Of a stretch of DNA of 36,003 nucleotides, positions 24,409-33,519 are shown one piece after another. Source of the stretch: Desulfobacterales bacterium (GTDB lineage: Bacteria > Desulfobacterota > Desulfobacteria > Desulfobacterales > JAHEIW01); NCBI GenBank assembly GCA_050123495.1, contig JASFGZ010000002.1, positions 1-36,003 on the forward strand. The letters run 5' to 3'. A program made the translations under genes and the position numbers. Under the pieces are notes generated by a model. The model was not told where the DNA came from, did no database searches, and worked only from the letters and a program-made list of their open reading frames with translations. Position 1 is the first letter of the stretch, and every line of letters starts with the position of its first letter.

Positions 24409-25216
24409 AACATCGCTTGGACAGCTGATTCGCTCGGGGCTTGAAAATGTGCCCATGGTATCATTTTACGCTAAGACTCGGGGCTGGCCGTTTGTCATTG
24501 CCTGGCTTCATCGAATCAGCGCCATGCTCATGGTTCTTTATATCTGGTTTCACATCTACACGCTTTCATTTTTGGTCACGCCCGATGCCTACGATGCCCA
24601 AATGAAATTATTTGGTTCTTTCCCCTTTTCTTTGCTGGAGTGGCTGCTGGCCGCGCCAATCATCTTTCACGCCCTCAACGGGGGCCGGTTGATCGTCTAT
24701 GAAATCTTCGGGCGTCGCAACGATGAATCCATGATTCGCTGGGTATTGGGACTTTCCGCAACTTATTTTTTACTGCTCGGACTGTTGATGGTGATGGGGA
24801 ACCAAACGGTTTCGCCGATCTTTTTTTGGTTGATTATGTTTGTTATCGGTATCCTCCCGGGCTATCTGGCTGCCGCCAAAATCCGGAATATCGCGGGTTC
24901 GATTACCTGGAAGCTGCAGCGCATCAGCGGTGCTTATTTGATTGTTATGATTCCAGCGCATCTTCTTTTTATGCACCTTCAGCCCGCAGTTGGCCACGAG
25001 GCCGGTGTTGTGATTGCGAGAATGCAGAACGTTTTTATTAAATTTATAGACCTGACGCTGGTGATCAGTGGGTTGTATCACGCCGGATATGGTCTAACGG
25101 CTATCATCAGAGATTATCTGAAGTCCGGGCCACTGCAAACAGCTTTAGCGTGTCTGATTGTTATCATCATGGCGGTTTTCGGCTGGATAAGCATAAGACT
25201 GACCCTTACGATATAA
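24389..25216 (+). CDS. Succinate dehydrogenase/fumarate reductase membrane anchor (cytochrome b-type, single large subunit)
   Basis: Seven hydrophobic segments. The paired motifs WLHRISA...FHIY / IFHALNGG and LQRISGA...AH / LYHAGYG resemble SdhC and SdhD. It lies immediately upstream of sdhA and sdhB. The start is uncertain between 24320, 24389 and 24455. Confidence 0.7.
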   Translation: MITHFSKTSLGQLIRSGLENVPMVSFYAKTRGWPFVIAWLHRISAMLMVLYIWFHIYTLSFLVTPDAYDAQMKLFGSFPFSLLEWLLAAPIIFHALNGGRLIVYEIFGRRNDESMIRWVLGLSATYFLLLGLLMVMGNQTVSPIFFWLIMFVIGILPGYLAAAKIRNIAGSITWKLQRISGAYLIVMIPAHLLFMHLQPAVGHEAGVVIARMQNVFIKFIDLTLVISGLYHAGYGLTAIIRDYLKSGPLQTALACLIVIIMAVFGWISIRLTLTI

Positions 25217-25239
25217 TCTGAATTGTCAGGAATATTCCA

Positions 25240-27036
25240 GTGAATAAAGAACTGAGAATAAACTCAACCCTTGAATGCGACTTGCTAATAGTTGGTGCCG
25301 GCGGTGCCGGGTTGCGGTGTGCCGCTGAGGTGCTTGATAAAAGGCCGCAAACCCGGATTATGGCGATAACCAAAGGTTCCCATCCTCAAAAGTCACACAC
25401 CTCCACCGCTCAGGGCGGACTGGCGGCTGTCGATCCCAAAGATCCGACGGACAAACCGATATATCACATGTTTGATACCTGGAAAGGATCTGATTGTACG
25501 GCCGATCAAAACATAATCCGCAAAATTTGCAATGCAGCCTGGGAGCAGATTATGTGGCTCGAAAATAGAGGGATGCATTTCAGTCGTGACATCAATGGGA
25601 AACCCGCCAAGCGAACTTTTGGCGGTCATACCGTAGGTTTTGGGGAATCTTCGGCCTATCGGGCGGTTTTTGAGGCCGATCGAACCGGTAAAGGAATCAT
25701 GGATACCTGTTGGGGGGAATCTTTGAAGCGAAGCATTTTCTTTATCAATCAAGGCATTGCCACCGAGCTTCTCTTTAATGACCACCAGTGTGTGGGTTGC
25801 ATTGTTTTCAAGCAAAAAGAAGGCGAATTCATCCGGATTCTAGCAAAGGCCACGGTTTTAGCCACCGGGGGAAGCGGTCAGATTTTCAAGATCACAACCA
25901 ATTGCCGCCAAAATACGGGAGACGGCCTGGCGCTTATTCTCCAGGCCGGACTCGGCGTGATGGATCCTGAGGCGGTCCAGTTTCATCCCACCGGAATTGT
26001 GGGCCCCGGTATTCTGGCCAGCGAAACCCTGCGGTCGGTGGGAGGTATTCTGCGCAACAGGGATAAGCACGCTTTTATGGAGCGCTATGCACCCAAAATG
26101 AAAGAATTGGCGCCCCGGGATCTGGTATCGCGGGCGATTGCCTCTGAAATTCGTGAGGGAAGGGGCATTTTGAATCCCGACCATAATGTTGAGCATATTT
26201 GGATTGATTTGCGACATCTGCCGGATGCGGTCCATGACCAACAGATTCCTGAGGTAACCGGATTTTTCAAAAAATACCTGAACCTTGATCCTAAAAAGGA
26301 GCTTTGTCCGGTTCACCCGAGCAATCACTACCACATGGGCGGTATTCCCACCACCGAATATGGTGAGGTGCAGGACATCAACGGGCAAAGCATTCCGGGA
26401 TTGTTTGCCGTCGGTGAATGTGCAGCTGCCAGCTTTCATGGTTTTAACCGATTGGGCACCAATTCTTTATTGGAGCTGATCACCATGGGTAAATTCGTTG
26501 GCGATAGCGTCTTAAGCTATCTAACCCAGCTGCCTGATAAAAATCCGGAAGCCGAAGGCCGCCATTCTGTTTCGCAATTTAAAGGCTACCTCGAAGCCCG
26601 GGGAAAGGACAATATCGGGCATATCCGCGATACCCTGCGGATGCGGATGACCGAAAATGTTGGTATTTATAGAACCAAAGAAGGACTTGAGCGGGCAATT
26701 GCGGTTTTAAATGAACTAAAAGAGCGTGCCGCTAAGACGGCCTTATCGAGCAAGAGTCTGCGCATGAATCAGGAACTGGTTCAGCATTGGGAACTGGACA
26801 ACCTTTTGATTGCCTCCATGGCGGTCGCTCAAGGCGCTCTAAATAGAAAGGAATCTAGGGGCGCTCATTTTCGCGAAGATTTTCCCGAAAGAAACGATGC
26901 GTTAAATTATCATACGCTGCTATCCATGAAGCAGTTCGGTAAAGTCGAATTCAATAACCGTATTGTGGATATGTGTATTTTCGAAGAAGGCGGGGAATTT
27001 GCGGAGAAATTTGGAATTATCGAACGAAAATATTAG
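25240..27036 (+). CDS. sdhA: Succinate dehydrogenase/fumarate reductase flavoprotein subunit
   Basis: GAGGAG dinucleotide fold. SHTSTAQGG carries the covalent-FAD His. FHPTG, APRD, HYHMGG, GECA..HG.NRLG.NSL and ESRGAHFREDFPERND are present. GTG start. Confidence 0.9.
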   Translation: MNKELRINSTLECDLLIVGAGGAGLRCAAEVLDKRPQTRIMAITKGSHPQKSHTSTAQGGLAAVDPKDPTDKPIYHMFDTWKGSDCTADQNIIRKICNAAWEQIMWLENRGMHFSRDINGKPAKRTFGGHTVGFGESSAYRAVFEADRTGKGIMDTCWGESLKRSIFFINQGIATELLFNDHQCVGCIVFKQKEGEFIRILAKATVLATGGSGQIFKITTNCRQNTGDGLALILQAGLGVMDPEAVQFHPTGIVGPGILASETLRSVGGILRNRDKHAFMERYAPKMKELAPRDLVSRAIASEIREGRGILNPDHNVEHIWIDLRHLPDAVHDQQIPEVTGFFKKYLNLDPKKELCPVHPSNHYHMGGIPTTEYGEVQDINGQSIPGLFAVGECAAASFHGFNRLGTNSLLELITMGKFVGDSVLSYLTQLPDKNPEAEGRHSVSQFKGYLEARGKDNIGHIRDTLRMRMTENVGIYRTKEGLERAIAVLNELKERAAKTALSSKSLRMNQELVQHWELDNLLIASMAVAQGALNRKESRGAHFREDFPERNDALNYHTLLSMKQFGKVEFNNRIVDMCIFEEGGEFAEKFGIIERKY

Positions 27037-27103
27037 AGCGTATAAACACGCGCATTTATTTTGATCTTTTTTTTATTTTAACGAATCAAATGAATTCAAC
27101 CAA

Positions 27104-27838
27104 ATGAAAGCGGCACCCAGTTTAAGCTATAAAATTTTTCTAAAAATTCAGCGGTACGATCCGGAGGAGAAACGATCCTGGGTTCAAACGTATCATTTGG
27201 AAGCCGGTCGAATCCTGCGGTTTGTGGATCTTTTTCGAAAAATAAACGATGAACAGGATCCGACTCTGGCCTGGAGCTCATCCTGCGAACATGGCCAGTG
27301 TGGAACGTGTTCGGTCAAAGTCAATGGGAAACCCCTGTTGGCCTGTGAACTTCTTGTCGAAAATGCGGTTCAATACTTTAAAACCGATACCTTCACGATT
27401 GAACCGCTGAATGTGGCCCCGGTGGTCCGTGACCTGGTGGTGGACTTTAGCGCTGCCTATGAAAGGATAGATCGCGTCAAACCCTATATTATCCGGGCCG
27501 ATTCTTTGCCATCAGAGCAGGATGCGTATCCAATATTGCCTCAGAGCTTGGAACATTATGTCAATGCCACCCGCTGTATTAATTGTTTTTGCTGTGCCTC
27601 GGCCTGTATCAGCAGTCACCATAATTTTCTGGGACCCAATGCGATGCTGGCAAGCATTGTGCGCGTAATGGACCCGCGTGAACAGGAAAAAGACCAGCGG
27701 CTGAAAATATTGTACAGTGATCAGGGGGTTTATCGATGTCATTCCTCCCGGGCATGTTCGTTTGTGTGCCCCAAAGAAATCGATGTGGCTCATTTTATTG
27801 CCTTGGCCAAAGAGGGCCGAATTACCAAACCGGATTAA
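27104..27838 (+). CDS. sdhB: Succinate dehydrogenase/fumarate reductase iron-sulfur subunit
   Basis: CEHGQCGTCSVKVNGKPLLAC (Cx4Cx2Cx11C), CINCFCCASAC and CHSSRACSFVCPK cluster motifs. Confidence 0.9.
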   Translation: MKAAPSLSYKIFLKIQRYDPEEKRSWVQTYHLEAGRILRFVDLFRKINDEQDPTLAWSSSCEHGQCGTCSVKVNGKPLLACELLVENAVQYFKTDTFTIEPLNVAPVVRDLVVDFSAAYERIDRVKPYIIRADSLPSEQDAYPILPQSLEHYVNATRCINCFCCASACISSHHNFLGPNAMLASIVRVMDPREQEKDQRLKILYSDQGVYRCHSSRACSFVCPKEIDVAHFIALAKEGRITKPD

Positions 27839-27890
27839 TGGCGGAATAGAGTCAAATTCGCCAACTTCCCCTAATTAGCACAGGGTGGGG

Positions 27891-27920
27891 AAGAAATTCG
27901 AAACACGAATTTCGAAATTA
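27891..27920. repeat. CACGAA-containing palindromic element in the sdhB-VOC intergenic region
   Basis: The sequence reads AAGAAATTCGAAACACGAATTTCGAAATT and contains the perfect 12-bp palindrome AATTTCGAAATT (27909-27920). Confidence 0.4.
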
Positions 27921-27985
27921 AAAACTACCTTAGAGAAAATAAATTCCGCAGCCTTTAATTAGCTAAATGGATGTGAGGTTCTGGC

Positions 27986-28390
27986 ATGCAATTAGAACGT
28001 ATTGATCATCTGGTTTTAACCGTTCAGAGTATCAAAGCCAGTTGTGCCTTTTATACAAAGGTCCTGGGAATGAAAGTGGTTGCTTTTCAAGGCGGGCGCA
28101 AAGCTGTGGTCTTTGGGAACCAGAAAATCAACTTGCATGAATCCGGAAAAGAGTTTGCTCCCAAAGCGTTACGCCCAACCCCGGGCTCCGCGGATCTCTG
28201 CTTTGTCGCCCGTGATCCCCTCACAAAAATCATAAGTCATTTGGACGACTGCGGCGTAAAAATTATTGAGGGACCCGTAAAAAGAACCGGTGCAATGGGT
28301 CCGATAACGTCAATCTATATTCGGGATCCGGATCAGAATCTGATTGAGATTGCAGTTTACAATCAAGAAACGCGGAAAAAGAAAGGATAA
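27986..28390 (+). CDS. VOC (glyoxalase/bleomycin resistance/dioxygenase) family protein
   Basis: 134 aa. IDHLVLTV, FY..VLGM and IRDPDQNLIEI form the beta-alpha-beta-beta-beta module pattern. GTGAGG ribosome-binding site. Confidence 0.8.
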   Translation: MQLERIDHLVLTVQSIKASCAFYTKVLGMKVVAFQGGRKAVVFGNQKINLHESGKEFAPKALRPTPGSADLCFVARDPLTKIISHLDDCGVKIIEGPVKRTGAMGPITSIYIRDPDQNLIEIAVYNQETRKKKG

Positions 28391-28407
28391 TTTCGTGTTT
28401 GCGTGAT
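28391..28407. repeat. Inverted partial copy of the CACGAAA repeat
   Basis: TTTCGTGTTTGCGTGAT matches 15 of 17 positions of the reverse complement of 23511-23527. It starts directly after the VOC stop codon. Confidence 0.4.
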
Positions 28408-28436
28408 TACTTTTCAGCCAAAGATTGGAATTTAAA

Positions 28437-29822
28437 ATGGAAGTCACAAAAGAATTAATTCAAAGGTGTTATGACCTCAATTACGATGTATTAACAGGCG
28501 ATGTCGTTGATCGCGTTAAATACCTTGTCCTTGACTTCCTCGGGGTTGCGGCGCGCGGTGCCTTGAGCGAATCCAGCGGCCCGGTTCAAAAGTATATCTT
28601 GAATTTCGATAGTGCCCGGGATGGTGCTGTTGTCATCGGGACCCATCTTACGGCCAGCCCTGCTTATGCGGCCATGGCCAACGGCACAGCCGCACATTCT
28701 CTGGAATTGGACGATGTCGTTAATGAAGCTTCACTGCATCCGGCTGTCGCGATCATGCCGGCGGCTTTGGCCGCAGCGGATCTTGCCGGTTGTTCCGCTA
28801 AAGAATTAATTACAGCCATAGCCGCGGGCTACGAAACGATGATCAAGCTGGGAGTGGCGCTGGACCCGGCAGCGCATTATGCCCGGGGTTTTCATCCCAC
28901 CGGAACCTGCGGAACAATGGGAGCGGCCATCACCGCCGCAAAAATACTTAAGCTGAATCAAAAGGCAATGATGAATGCCCTGGGCATTGCCGGCAGTCAG
29001 GCTGCGGGATCGATGGAATTTTTATCTGACGGGGCCTTTACCAAACGACTGCACCCCGGTTGGGCCGCGCATAGCGGTATAATTGCGGCTTTGCTCGCGC
29101 GCGAAAATTTTACGGGTCCCGGAACGATTATCGAGGGCCGGTTTGGATTTTTGCATGCCTATTCATCCGGTTCAAAATCGGGCAAAGTCTTGCAGGATTG
29201 GGGAGATCCCTGGGAGGTATTGCGTACCAGTATTAAGCCACACGCCTGCTGCCGATATAAACAGGGCCCGATTGACGGCATACTGAAGATTGTGCGCGAA
29301 AAAAATATAGATGCCTCTCAGGTTGAAAAAGTAATTTTAGGAATCCTTAACGCTGGCTTTGCCCTTATCGCAGAGCCGGAAGAACAGAAATCCAATCCAA
29401 AGTCAGTTGTTGATGCCCAGTTTAGCATGCCGTTTGGCGCCGCAGTGGCAATTTTGCACGGAAAGGCAACGCTGGATGAATACACGCTGGAAAGTATCAA
29501 TTCAGACCAGGTGAGCAAGTTGATGGGAAAAATTTCCTGTGTAAAGGATCCTGAACTGGAAAAGGAATTTCCGAAGAAGTGGCCGGCCGCTGTAACGCTG
29601 TTGACAAAAGATGGAAAAGCGTATTCGACCAGAATCGATTTTCCAAAAGGTGACCCTGAGAACCCGCTGACATGGGATGAACTGATCGATAAATTCAGAA
29701 ACCTGGTTTCACCGGTTTTTTTTGAAGTAAAACAAAACGAAATAATCGAAAGGGTAAGATCTCTGGAGAAAGAAGAAGATTTGAAAGCGTTTTCGATGCT
29801 TTTGTTAAAGGACCAGAGCTAA
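28437..29822 (+). CDS. MmgE/PrpD family protein (2-methylcitrate dehydratase-like)
   Basis: About 460 aa. Contains VDRVKYLVLDFLGVA, AHSLELDDV and GFHPTGTCG. I prefer the ATG at 28437 over the TTG at 28425. Confidence 0.85.
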   Translation: MEVTKELIQRCYDLNYDVLTGDVVDRVKYLVLDFLGVAARGALSESSGPVQKYILNFDSARDGAVVIGTHLTASPAYAAMANGTAAHSLELDDVVNEASLHPAVAIMPAALAAADLAGCSAKELITAIAAGYETMIKLGVALDPAAHYARGFHPTGTCGTMGAAITAAKILKLNQKAMMNALGIAGSQAAGSMEFLSDGAFTKRLHPGWAAHSGIIAALLARENFTGPGTIIEGRFGFLHAYSSGSKSGKVLQDWGDPWEVLRTSIKPHACCRYKQGPIDGILKIVREKNIDASQVEKVILGILNAGFALIAEPEEQKSNPKSVVDAQFSMPFGAAVAILHGKATLDEYTLESINSDQVSKLMGKISCVKDPELEKEFPKKWPAAVTLLTKDGKAYSTRIDFPKGDPENPLTWDELIDKFRNLVSPVFFEVKQNEIIERVRSLEKEEDLKAFSMLLLKDQS

Positions 29823-29840
29823 TTTTATAACCTTCCTCTT

Positions 29841-31055
29841 TTGGCCGATTCGCCGATGAATTCTTTAATTATCTGGGTCTGTCTTTCTGAAATTCTTTCT
29901 ATTGCGGCGATTAACTATTTTCCGGCCCTGCTGCCGAATTTTCAGGCCGAATGGGGGCTTACCAATACGGAGGCCGGCTGGATTAGCGGCATTTATTTCG
30001 GGGGATATGCTGCCAGCGTGCCCATTTTGGCGAGTTTAACAGACCGCGTGGATCCACGCAAAATTTATTTGCTCTCCGCAGGATTAGGCGCAGTTTCTCT
30101 GATGGGCTTCGGGTTAGTGGCGCAGGGTACCTGGACGGCGACAGCATTTCGCCTTCTGGCAGGAATCAGCTTTGCCGGCACCTATATGCCGGGCGTGAGG
30201 GTTCTGAGTGACAGGATTAGCGGTGCAAATCAAAGCCGGGCAATATCATTCTATACGGCTTCCATTGGTGTCGGAAACGCCCTGTCCGTATTTTTGGCAG
30301 GATGGCTGACCGGCCATTTCGGCTGGCGCTGGGCGGCGATATTAATGGGTCTGTGTCCGCTTGCCGGGGTTGTGCTCTTTGCGTTTGCCATCAGACCCCA
30401 GCCGCCGGAGACAGTGGCTCAAGCGGTCAGAACATCCTTTTTGGATTTCCGGCCGGCCCTTCGAAACCGGTCAGCCATAGGCTACATGCTAGGATATGCG
30501 GCCCATTGCTGGGAACTTTTCGGCTTTCGTTCGTGGATGGTGGCGTTTATGTTCTTCAGTCTGAGCCTCCAACCACAGATTAACCCTAAGCCCAGCCCTC
30601 AGAGCCTGGTCACTCTAATTCTTTTAGCCGGTGTACCGGCAAACATTCTCGGCAATGAAGGCGCTTTGCACTGGGGTCGCAGACGCTTTATTACCATCGT
30701 CATGCTCATTTCCGGTCTTATCGGATGTCTCATCGGATTTGCAGCCGGCCTGACATTTATAATGGTGGCCGGTCTTTGTTTTGCATATTGGATTGCAATT
30801 ATTTCAGACAGCGGTTCTCTGAATGCGGGTCTGGTATCCGCAGCCAGAGCTGAAGAGGCCGGCCGAACGATGGCGCTGTATTCCTTTGTCGGACTTTCGA
30901 TGGGATTTCTGGCACCGCTGGCCGTCGGCACGGTGTTGGACATTAGCGGCGGCGGAATAACCGGATGGGGGTTGGCGTTTGCAACATTAGGACTGGTTGC
31001 CATGAGCGGGACCGTTTGGCTGAAGCTATTTCGAAGCAACACCGAAAAGAAATAA
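29841..31055 (+). CDS. MFS transporter
   Basis: About 12 hydrophobic segments with the motif A-like LASLTDRVDPRK. The start is ambiguous between the TTG at 29841 and the ATG at 29856. Confidence 0.8.
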   Translation: MADSPMNSLIIWVCLSEILSIAAINYFPALLPNFQAEWGLTNTEAGWISGIYFGGYAASVPILASLTDRVDPRKIYLLSAGLGAVSLMGFGLVAQGTWTATAFRLLAGISFAGTYMPGVRVLSDRISGANQSRAISFYTASIGVGNALSVFLAGWLTGHFGWRWAAILMGLCPLAGVVLFAFAIRPQPPETVAQAVRTSFLDFRPALRNRSAIGYMLGYAAHCWELFGFRSWMVAFMFFSLSLQPQINPKPSPQSLVTLILLAGVPANILGNEGALHWGRRRFITIVMLISGLIGCLIGFAAGLTFIMVAGLCFAYWIAIISDSGSLNAGLVSAARAEEAGRTMALYSFVGLSMGFLAPLAVGTVLDISGGGITGWGLAFATLGLVAMSGTVWLKLFRSNTEKK

Positions 31056-31077
31056 ACCCAAGCCCTGCGGACATGCC

Positions 31078-31629
31078 TCACATTGCCCTTGCTTCGCGCA
31101 TCTCCATTAAAACATCGATATATTCCTTTTGACCCTGATAGAGCCTGCACATATCGATCAGCACCCCGGCAATTTGAGCCACTGCCTGTACAAAATTAAC
31201 ATCCTCCAGGGTGAACTCCCATGGCTCCGCGCTATATACGCGCAAAGAACCAATAACATTGCCGCGGACAATGATAGGGACGGCCAGAATAGAGGCAATG
31301 CCCTCTTTCTTGGCTTCTTTCGGGTACTGAATTCTGGGGTCATCGGTCACATCGTAAATTGCCACCGGTCCTTCTTTCAAAGACTGACCGATAGAGTGGA
31401 TTGAGCTTATCGGGCCTTTGTTCAAATATTCAGAACTGAGCCCGCTGGCGGCCGCCACTTCCAATTCCTTGCTTTTGGGATCGATAAGAAACAGGGCACA
31501 TCCTTTGATCTCCAAAGAGGTTTTAACACTTTCGACGGTTAACTGAACGACCTCTTCCGGCTCGGTGGACATGGACATTGCTTTGGTTACCTTGAGAAGC
31601 GTTTCATAATTAATGAGCTGTTTTTTCAT
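31078..31629 (-). CDS. Stand-alone GAF domain protein
   Basis: 183 aa with a GAF-like pattern (GCALFLIDPKSKELEVAAASG...AVPIIVRGNVIGSLRVY). GGGAGA ribosome-binding site. Confidence 0.8.
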   Translation of the reverse strand: MKKQLINYETLLKVTKAMSMSTEPEEVVQLTVESVKTSLEIKGCALFLIDPKSKELEVAAASGLSSEYLNKGPISSIHSIGQSLKEGPVAIYDVTDDPRIQYPKEAKKEGIASILAVPIIVRGNVIGSLRVYSAEPWEFTLEDVNFVQAVAQIAGVLIDMCRLYQGQKEYIDVLMEMREARAM

Positions 31630-32050
31630 CTTATCTCCCTTCTGCTGCGGTCATGTTGTTTAAAAGTGGTTTCAAAACCCCATCTCCCCGCTTAAGCATA
31701 GCGGGGTCCTTAAACCTGATCTGAGGTTTCGAAAACACTTCTCTATTGAGACACCTCCCCCTTGAAGCCTGCCATTGATGTCGCCCATCAGGCAATGAAA
31801 CTGACGGCTTCGGCACCAAGGATGCCGCTAGATTTGCGTTTAAATCTGAGATAAATACAGGATCCTCGCCTTCGGTTGCGCTTCTGTCCAGCCCAAAAAA
31901 TCGAAGTTGAGAATCTTCAAAGAAGTGTAAAATGAGAAGTGGGACCTGGTTCATTTTGGCAGATTAAAATCGGTTTTCAGGTCAGATGTAGCTTCAAATC
32001 AGTGTTTAACGATAAACATTCATACACCATTAACAGCGAAATGGTCAAAT

Positions 32051-32079
32051 AAAAAGACAGCCTTAACTTCATGGCTGCC
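32051..32079 (-). terminator. Weak intrinsic terminator after the PilZ gene
   Basis: The minus strand reads GGCAGCC-loop-GGCTGTC followed by TTTTTATTT. Confidence 0.4.
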
Positions 32080-32115
32080 CTCGTTTAAGTCATTAATGGG
32101 ATCAATCAAATCGAG

Positions 32116-32451
32116 TTAATTCTTAAAAAACATCCTGAATCTGATACCGGCACCCTCAAATGAGGTTCGAACAATTTCGCCGTTTGCCATAATTGTATTC
32201 CTGGCGTCGGGAAAATCAAATTTCATTGCGATCTCCTGCCCGACATATAAGCGTTGATTGGTTTTAATAAAAACGCCACCGGAACTGACATTTTCAATCG
32301 GTGCCTGAAAATTACGATCCATGGTCCTGCAATTCGCAACCAGCAGCTCGGTTGCATTGACATTTTTGCGGGCATCTTTTCTTCTTTCTAATGCCTCTGT
32401 CTGGCTATTTGGGATGAAGGTGGTGTACATATCGAAATCGTCCTCATGCAT
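32116..32451 (-). CDS. Single-domain PilZ protein
   Basis: RKDAR (RxxxR) and NVSSGG (NxSxxG) sit at the correct spacing. 111 aa. Confidence 0.75.
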   Translation of the reverse strand: MHEDDFDMYTTFIPNSQTEALERRKDARKNVNATELLVANCRTMDRNFQAPIENVSSGGVFIKTNQRLYVGQEIAMKFDFPDARNTIMANGEIVRTSFEGAGIRFRMFFKN

Positions 32452-32649
32452 CTAAAATTTCCCCCCCAATTTTCAAAAACATAGTTTGAATATACAATTT
32501 GCGTGCCGAATTATTAAGAATTTGATTTTATTGTATTATAATAAAATTAACCGCTTATTTGCCTGCCAAAATTTATACAAAATTAAACAGGCCTGTTATT
32601 TTTTTTGTACGTTATCATTTTTCTGATTAGCCGATTCTTTAGATACTGC

Positions 32650-32678
32650 TTGACATAATAATGAAATTACTATATTTT
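32650..32678 (+). promoter_or_regulatory. Candidate sigma70 promoter of the abiE operon
   Basis: TTGACA (32650-32655) followed by TATATT after 15 nt, or TATTTT after 17 nt. It lies about 25-30 nt upstream of the ATG at 32704. Confidence 0.4.
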
Positions 32679-32703
32679 CCGATAATTCGTTATTAACAAA
32701 TTT

Positions 32704-33519
32704 ATGGGAAATATCATGAAGCACCCAGGTCCAGAGCTCGGAGACTTATCATCAAGATTCTTCGCTTATGTCCAGCTAAAGGGTATGGATATCATCCGGA
32801 CAGGCGAGCTGGCTTCCGTGTTGGGGATCACGGAATCAAAAGAACGCAGTCTGCTTCATCGCCTCTCGAAATCCGGATGGATTGTCCGACTCAAACGTGG
32901 CGTGTATATCGTCCCCCCACGGATACCAGCCGGTGGTAAATACAGTCCGGGTGTTGCATTGATTCTCCAAAAACTGATGGAACAACACGAGGGCAGGTAT
33001 CAAATCTGCGGACCATCAGCATTTAATTTTTACGGCCTTGATGATCAGATTCCAAGCGTCACTTACGCTTACAATAACCGTATTTCCGGTAGCCGTACGA
33101 TTGGGAACCTATCATTTCAATTCACAAAAGTCGCGGACGAACGTCTCGGTGCCACCAGTGCGGTTCGCACCCGGAATGGGGGCGAAATTATCTATTCATC
33201 CAAAGCGAGAACTCTTATGGATGCCGTCTATGATTGGTCTCGATTCAACAGTTTACCGAGAGGTTATGATTGGATCCAAAAGGAAGTTACGCAAGACCCC
33301 AAACTGGTTTCTGAACTTGTAAGCGCCACGGTGGAGTATGGTAATCAGGCCACGGTACGACGAATTGGTTACCTTCTGGATGGTTTGGCGCGACCTTCGA
33401 AATTCATAAATGCGCTCCAGCGTCAACTCAGCGATTCGAGGGCCCTGATCCCCTGGGTTCCAGGTAAGTCCGCGAAGGGAAACATCAACCGCAAGTGGGG
33501 AGTTATCGTTAATGGCTGA
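32704..33519 (+). CDS. AbiEi-family antitoxin / transcriptional regulator (type IV TA)
   Basis: N-terminal winged helix pattern TGELASVLGITESKERSLLHRLSKSGWIVRLKRGVYIV. The gene overlaps the AbiEii-like gene by 8 nt. Confidence 0.75.
   Translation: MGNIMKHPGPELGDLSSRFFAYVQLKGMDIIRTGELASVLGITESKERSLLHRLSKSGWIVRLKRGVYIVPPRIPAGGKYSPGVALILQKLMEQHEGRYQICGPSAFNFYGLDDQIPSVTYAYNNRISGSRTIGNLSFQFTKVADERLGATSAVRTRNGGEIIYSSKARTLMDAVYDWSRFNSLPRGYDWIQKEVTQDPKLVSELVSATVEYGNQATVRRIGYLLDGLARPSKFINALQRQLSDSRALIPWVPGKSAKGNINRKWGVIVNG

Noticed and set aside
32589-32608. AACAGGCCTGTT palindrome followed by T8, considered as a terminator.
   Set aside because: The stem would be only about 4 bp with a 4-nt loop, and no plus-strand gene ends upstream of it.
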